A DNA stretch of 26,035 nt. Origin: a virus. Taxonomy: Duplodnaviria > Caudoviricetes. Location: positions 1 through 26,035 of IMG/VR virus record IMGVR_UViG_3300038316_000164. The stretch is one strand, 5' to 3'. Shown one piece after another: positions 23,304 to 26,035 of the stretch; position 1 is the first letter of the stretch, and each line of letters begins with the position of its first letter. A program made the position numbers and the translations under genes. The notes beneath the pieces were generated by a model. That model made no database searches. It saw only the letters and a list, made by a program, of their open reading frames with translations, and was not told the origin of the DNA.

Positions 23304-25100
23304 TTAAAAAGGACATTCTTCATTATGGACCTCATAAAAGCCTAATTGCTCCTGTTTATTCCATCCATATTGTTTAAGGTAACCTGTTTCATCTGACTTT
23401 TCATAGAATCGTTTTGATTCAGGTTCAAATTTAAGCCCAATGGTTATATCTTGTTTGCCTGAAAATCTATTTTTTAATATATCAATACTAGTATCACATC
23501 CTAATAAATCTAAGTCACTTGTATCAGGATTAACCCTTGCCACGCTAAAAACATTATCTGCTCTATTTGTTATATCTCCACTACCTGATATGTCAATCTT
23601 TTGTACTGTTCCGTTTACCTTTCTTGGATGTGCTACAACGTGTACGTGTATGTTATATTTATGTGCAAAGTCTACAATCTTCCCGACAAATTCACTTTGT
23701 GCATGGTAAAAATCTTTATACCCATCTGAAAAGCCTGTCATCATAAGATTATCTATAAGAAAAACTTTACAATCATATCTCATTGCAGCATATTGAAAAG
23801 TTCTTAATATATCTGTATCTTTTGTACTTGTTGAATTATCATATAGAAAGAATTTATCTCTATACCAGTTCCTCATTTCCTCTTGTACCTCTTTTGGTAC
23901 ATAAGGGACCTCCGACTGCTTAATTTCATCATATTTCTCTTTTAAATTGTCTTTCCCAGCCATCTGTAATTCTATCCAATATCTAAATATTGGTGCAGGA
24001 AGTTCACCTGAAAAGGCACAAACATTAAATCCTCTATCAACGCTTTCTATCAATAATTGCCCTAAAAATGTACTTTTACCTGAAGAGTTTGATCCTGTCC
24101 AAACACTAACTTGTCCCATCATAAAACCGCCTACAGCTTTATCGACCAGTGATAATCCTGAGCTTACTCTTTGTACTTTGCTATAATCAAAATTTTCAAC
24201 ATCTGCAAGCCTTAATAATCCTGCGATAGGAACTTCTTTTGGATTATCAGCTAATTCCTTTACCTTATCTTTACCATCAAAGAATAAAACTTCGTTTGCA
24301 TCTTTCCTTTCACATTGAACAACATAGCACCTATATTCCCCTAATCGATTAATTACTTTCTTAACCATTTCCTGTCCTGGTTCGTCCTGATCTCCCCAAA
24401 TATAAATTTTCTGAAATTGTTGCAACCATTCCCAACAGGTTTCAATCCATGTAAGATCCTCCGCTCCACTTGGGACACTAACAACATTCTTTACCCCTGC
24501 TTCATCCAAGGCCAGTGCGTCCATTTCTCCCTCAACGATAACCAATGGATCCGCAGGATTACAATCATCCATTCCCCATAGGACAGGCTTTCCATCTTTC
24601 TCTCTCCAAGATTTCATTTCCCCTTTTTTAATCTTATGAGGTGGTCTAAACTTTACAAAAACAAGCTCACCATTTTCATAGTATGGCATTACAATATTTC
24701 CCTTATCGTCTGTTCCAACCTTCCTATGTTCCCATGTCTCCTTTGAGAAGCCTCGTTTAGTTAAATATTCTTCCATAACCTTAGTAGCAGGATTTATGAC
24801 TGTTTCAGGCTTTTTGTACTTTTTTTTAGGCTGCTTTTTATATTCAAAATTATTGCTTTTTTCCCATTCCAATTCTGAATCCGCCTTCTCTCCAAAATCT
24901 CTGCAAAGCTGTTGGAAAGTCCCTGTTCTTCCACAGCTGCCACGTCTGCAATTAAAAGTTAGCTTATTAATATTTAAAGCAAAAGATTCTTTGTCCTTAT
25001 GCTGCCCTCCATGACAATAAGGGCAGTAGCGAGGGACTATTTCTTCCCCCCGCTGCTTCCATTCTCCTAAATGTTTATCAGCAAACTCATATACATTCAT
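23304..25100 (-). CDS. Primase-helicase, T7 gp4/Twinkle-like (Zn finger, TOPRIM, SF4 helicase)
   Basis: CPYC...CRRGSC, IVEGEMDAL, SVPSGA, GDQDEPG, KDANE, GSNSSGKST, IDNL, VAHPRK, SGSGDI and KNR motifs; ATG at 25100 with RBS GAGGTG. Confidence 0.93.
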   Translation of the reverse strand: MNVYEFADKHLGEWKQRGEEIVPRYCPYCHGGQHKDKESFALNINKLTFNCRRGSCGRTGTFQQLCRDFGEKADSELEWEKSNNFEYKKQPKKKYKKPETVINPATKVMEEYLTKRGFSKETWEHRKVGTDDKGNIVMPYYENGELVFVKFRPPHKIKKGEMKSWREKDGKPVLWGMDDCNPADPLVIVEGEMDALALDEAGVKNVVSVPSGAEDLTWIETCWEWLQQFQKIYIWGDQDEPGQEMVKKVINRLGEYRCYVVQCERKDANEVLFFDGKDKVKELADNPKEVPIAGLLRLADVENFDYSKVQRVSSGLSLVDKAVGGFMMGQVSVWTGSNSSGKSTFLGQLLIESVDRGFNVCAFSGELPAPIFRYWIELQMAGKDNLKEKYDEIKQSEVPYVPKEVQEEMRNWYRDKFFLYDNSTSTKDTDILRTFQYAAMRYDCKVFLIDNLMMTGFSDGYKDFYHAQSEFVGKIVDFAHKYNIHVHVVAHPRKVNGTVQKIDISGSGDITNRADNVFSVARVNPDTSDLDLLGCDTSIDILKNRFSGKQDITIGLKFEPESKRFYEKSDETGYLKQYGWNKQEQLGFYEVHNEECPF

Positions 25101-25110
25101 AGGTCCCACC

Positions 25111-25647
25111 TCAATTTTTTAGACATTCATAAAGATAATATTTCAATGAATGGTAAATATAGTTTCCTGCATATTTCTTATCTACAAATGCAGTGGTAAA
25201 ATTATATCTACTTTCAAAAGCTTTAAGACTACCTAATAACGCTTTTGGATCATATTCGGACCTATAGTTGTGATTTATTATGTTCTCATAACCCTTAGCA
25301 TCCTCAATTAATAAAAATATTTTTACATTATCTCCAACTGCCCTTATAAATTCTGATTCAAATCTCGTTCTATCTTTAAAACTCCCTGCAAGCTCGTCTA
25401 TGCTGTTTTTCTTTTCAATAGTTACTGGTATATAGCAATCCCTTAAAAAACCCATCTCAGGGTTAGCTGTAAGCTTAATTGAATAATCCCCTGCATCTAA
25501 CTTTCTAACTTCATATTTTATTTTTTTATTTGAAAAATAATCTAAAATGTGTTGGTTCTGCTGTTCCCTGGTATCTACAACTATTTCAAGATTCTCTTTT
25601 AAAAGCTTTTTAATTTCCGTATCAGTAAATTTGTATTTTATGTCCAT
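25111..25647 (-). CDS. ERCC4-domain nuclease
   Basis: VVDTREQ, LDAGDY and IEKKNSIDEL motifs. Confidence 0.92.
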   Translation of the reverse strand: MDIKYKFTDTEIKKLLKENLEIVVDTREQQNQHILDYFSNKKIKYEVRKLDAGDYSIKLTANPEMGFLRDCYIPVTIEKKNSIDELAGSFKDRTRFESEFIRAVGDNVKIFLLIEDAKGYENIINHNYRSEYDPKALLGSLKAFESRYNFTTAFVDKKYAGNYIYHSLKYYLYECLKN

Positions 25648-25796
25648 TAAATCACCTGCTCTTTTTCTCTTCTAACTAAATATAAATATCCGTCCAAATT
25701 CTCTATATAATAATTTTTAAGATACTTTTTAGTAAGCCTTATTCGCTCTTTAAAGTTTTTGTAAGGGATTATCATTGCTTTGATTCTCGCATCCAT
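25647..25796 (-). CDS. Small hypothetical protein, 49 aa (not in ORF track)
   Basis: MDARIKAMIIPYKNFKERIRLTKKYLKNYYIENLDGYLYLVRREKEQVI; RBS AAGGTG; TAATG-coupled to the ERCC4 gene. Confidence 0.7.
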   Translation of the reverse strand: MDARIKAMIIPYKNFKERIRLTKKYLKNYYIENLDGYLYLVRREKEQVI

Positions 25797-26035
25797 ATAA
25801 TCACCTTATCCTTTATTTTAGTTGTATTAATAGCCTTCCTCTTCGCATATTCCTTGCAATGCGAATTAAACTTTTCTTAATACTGTTAAATTAATTTTAT
25901 CCTCTTCGACATTTGTAACCATTCCATGCATATTTTCAAATACTATTCCATTTTCTCTTTTTTTGAAAATCCCGCCCAATTGCAAAATCTTATATACTTA
26001 CAATGTAAGCAGCATATTCCATTGCCCTTACATTC

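Larger units (their letters stand above)
33..26035 (-). mobile_element. Temperate siphovirus-like prophage (distal part; continues beyond the right edge)
   Basis: Contiguous co-oriented replication, packaging, head, tail and lysis genes in canonical order, bounded on the left by a tRNA 3'-fragment att site. Integrase and immunity genes are not in the window. Confidence 0.96.

Noticed and set aside
655-25014. The + strand ORFs in the supplied track (e.g. 1678-2112, 11587-11955, 12812-13291, 16105-16413)
   Set aside because: They lie antisense to well-supported - strand genes, lack clear RBSs and have shadow-frame composition.
25810-26035. Cys-rich partial ORF at the right edge (ECKGNGICCLHCKYIRFC...)
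   Set aside because: Truncated by the window and stops near 25943; it cannot be called or judged a pseudogene without upstream sequence.

Overview
Low-GC (Clostridia-like) window holding the distal ~26 kb of a temperate siphovirus-type prophage, transcribed almost entirely on the - strand. In gene order from right to left it carries a replication module (ERCC4 nuclease, T7 gp4/Twinkle-like primase-helicase, DUF4373-type initiator with an internal ori), a RinA/ArpU-like late activator, HNH, a putative cos, TerS, TerL, portal, ClpP-type protease, HK97-fold capsid, head-tail joining genes interrupted by a membrane-protein moron, and tail genes with a -1 frameshifted chaperone pair and a short tape measure. 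These are followed by baseplate/adhesin genes and a lysis cassette. The prophage ends at 33-76 in a 3' fragment of tRNA-Sec (att site). The most interesting part is an accessory cassette between the lysis genes and att: an XRE HTH gene (frameshifted at its start), a ribbon-helix-helix protein, a 46-aa hydrophobic peptide, an FtsK/coupling-protein-like ATPase and a Replic_Relax (MOBC-like) nuclease. It is preceded by sporulation-sigma-like promoters and followed by a phased TACTAAA repeat array with a perfect 24-bp palindrome, so it resembles a minimal DNA processing/translocation system carried by a phage. All family assignments come from motifs read by eye; no searches were run.
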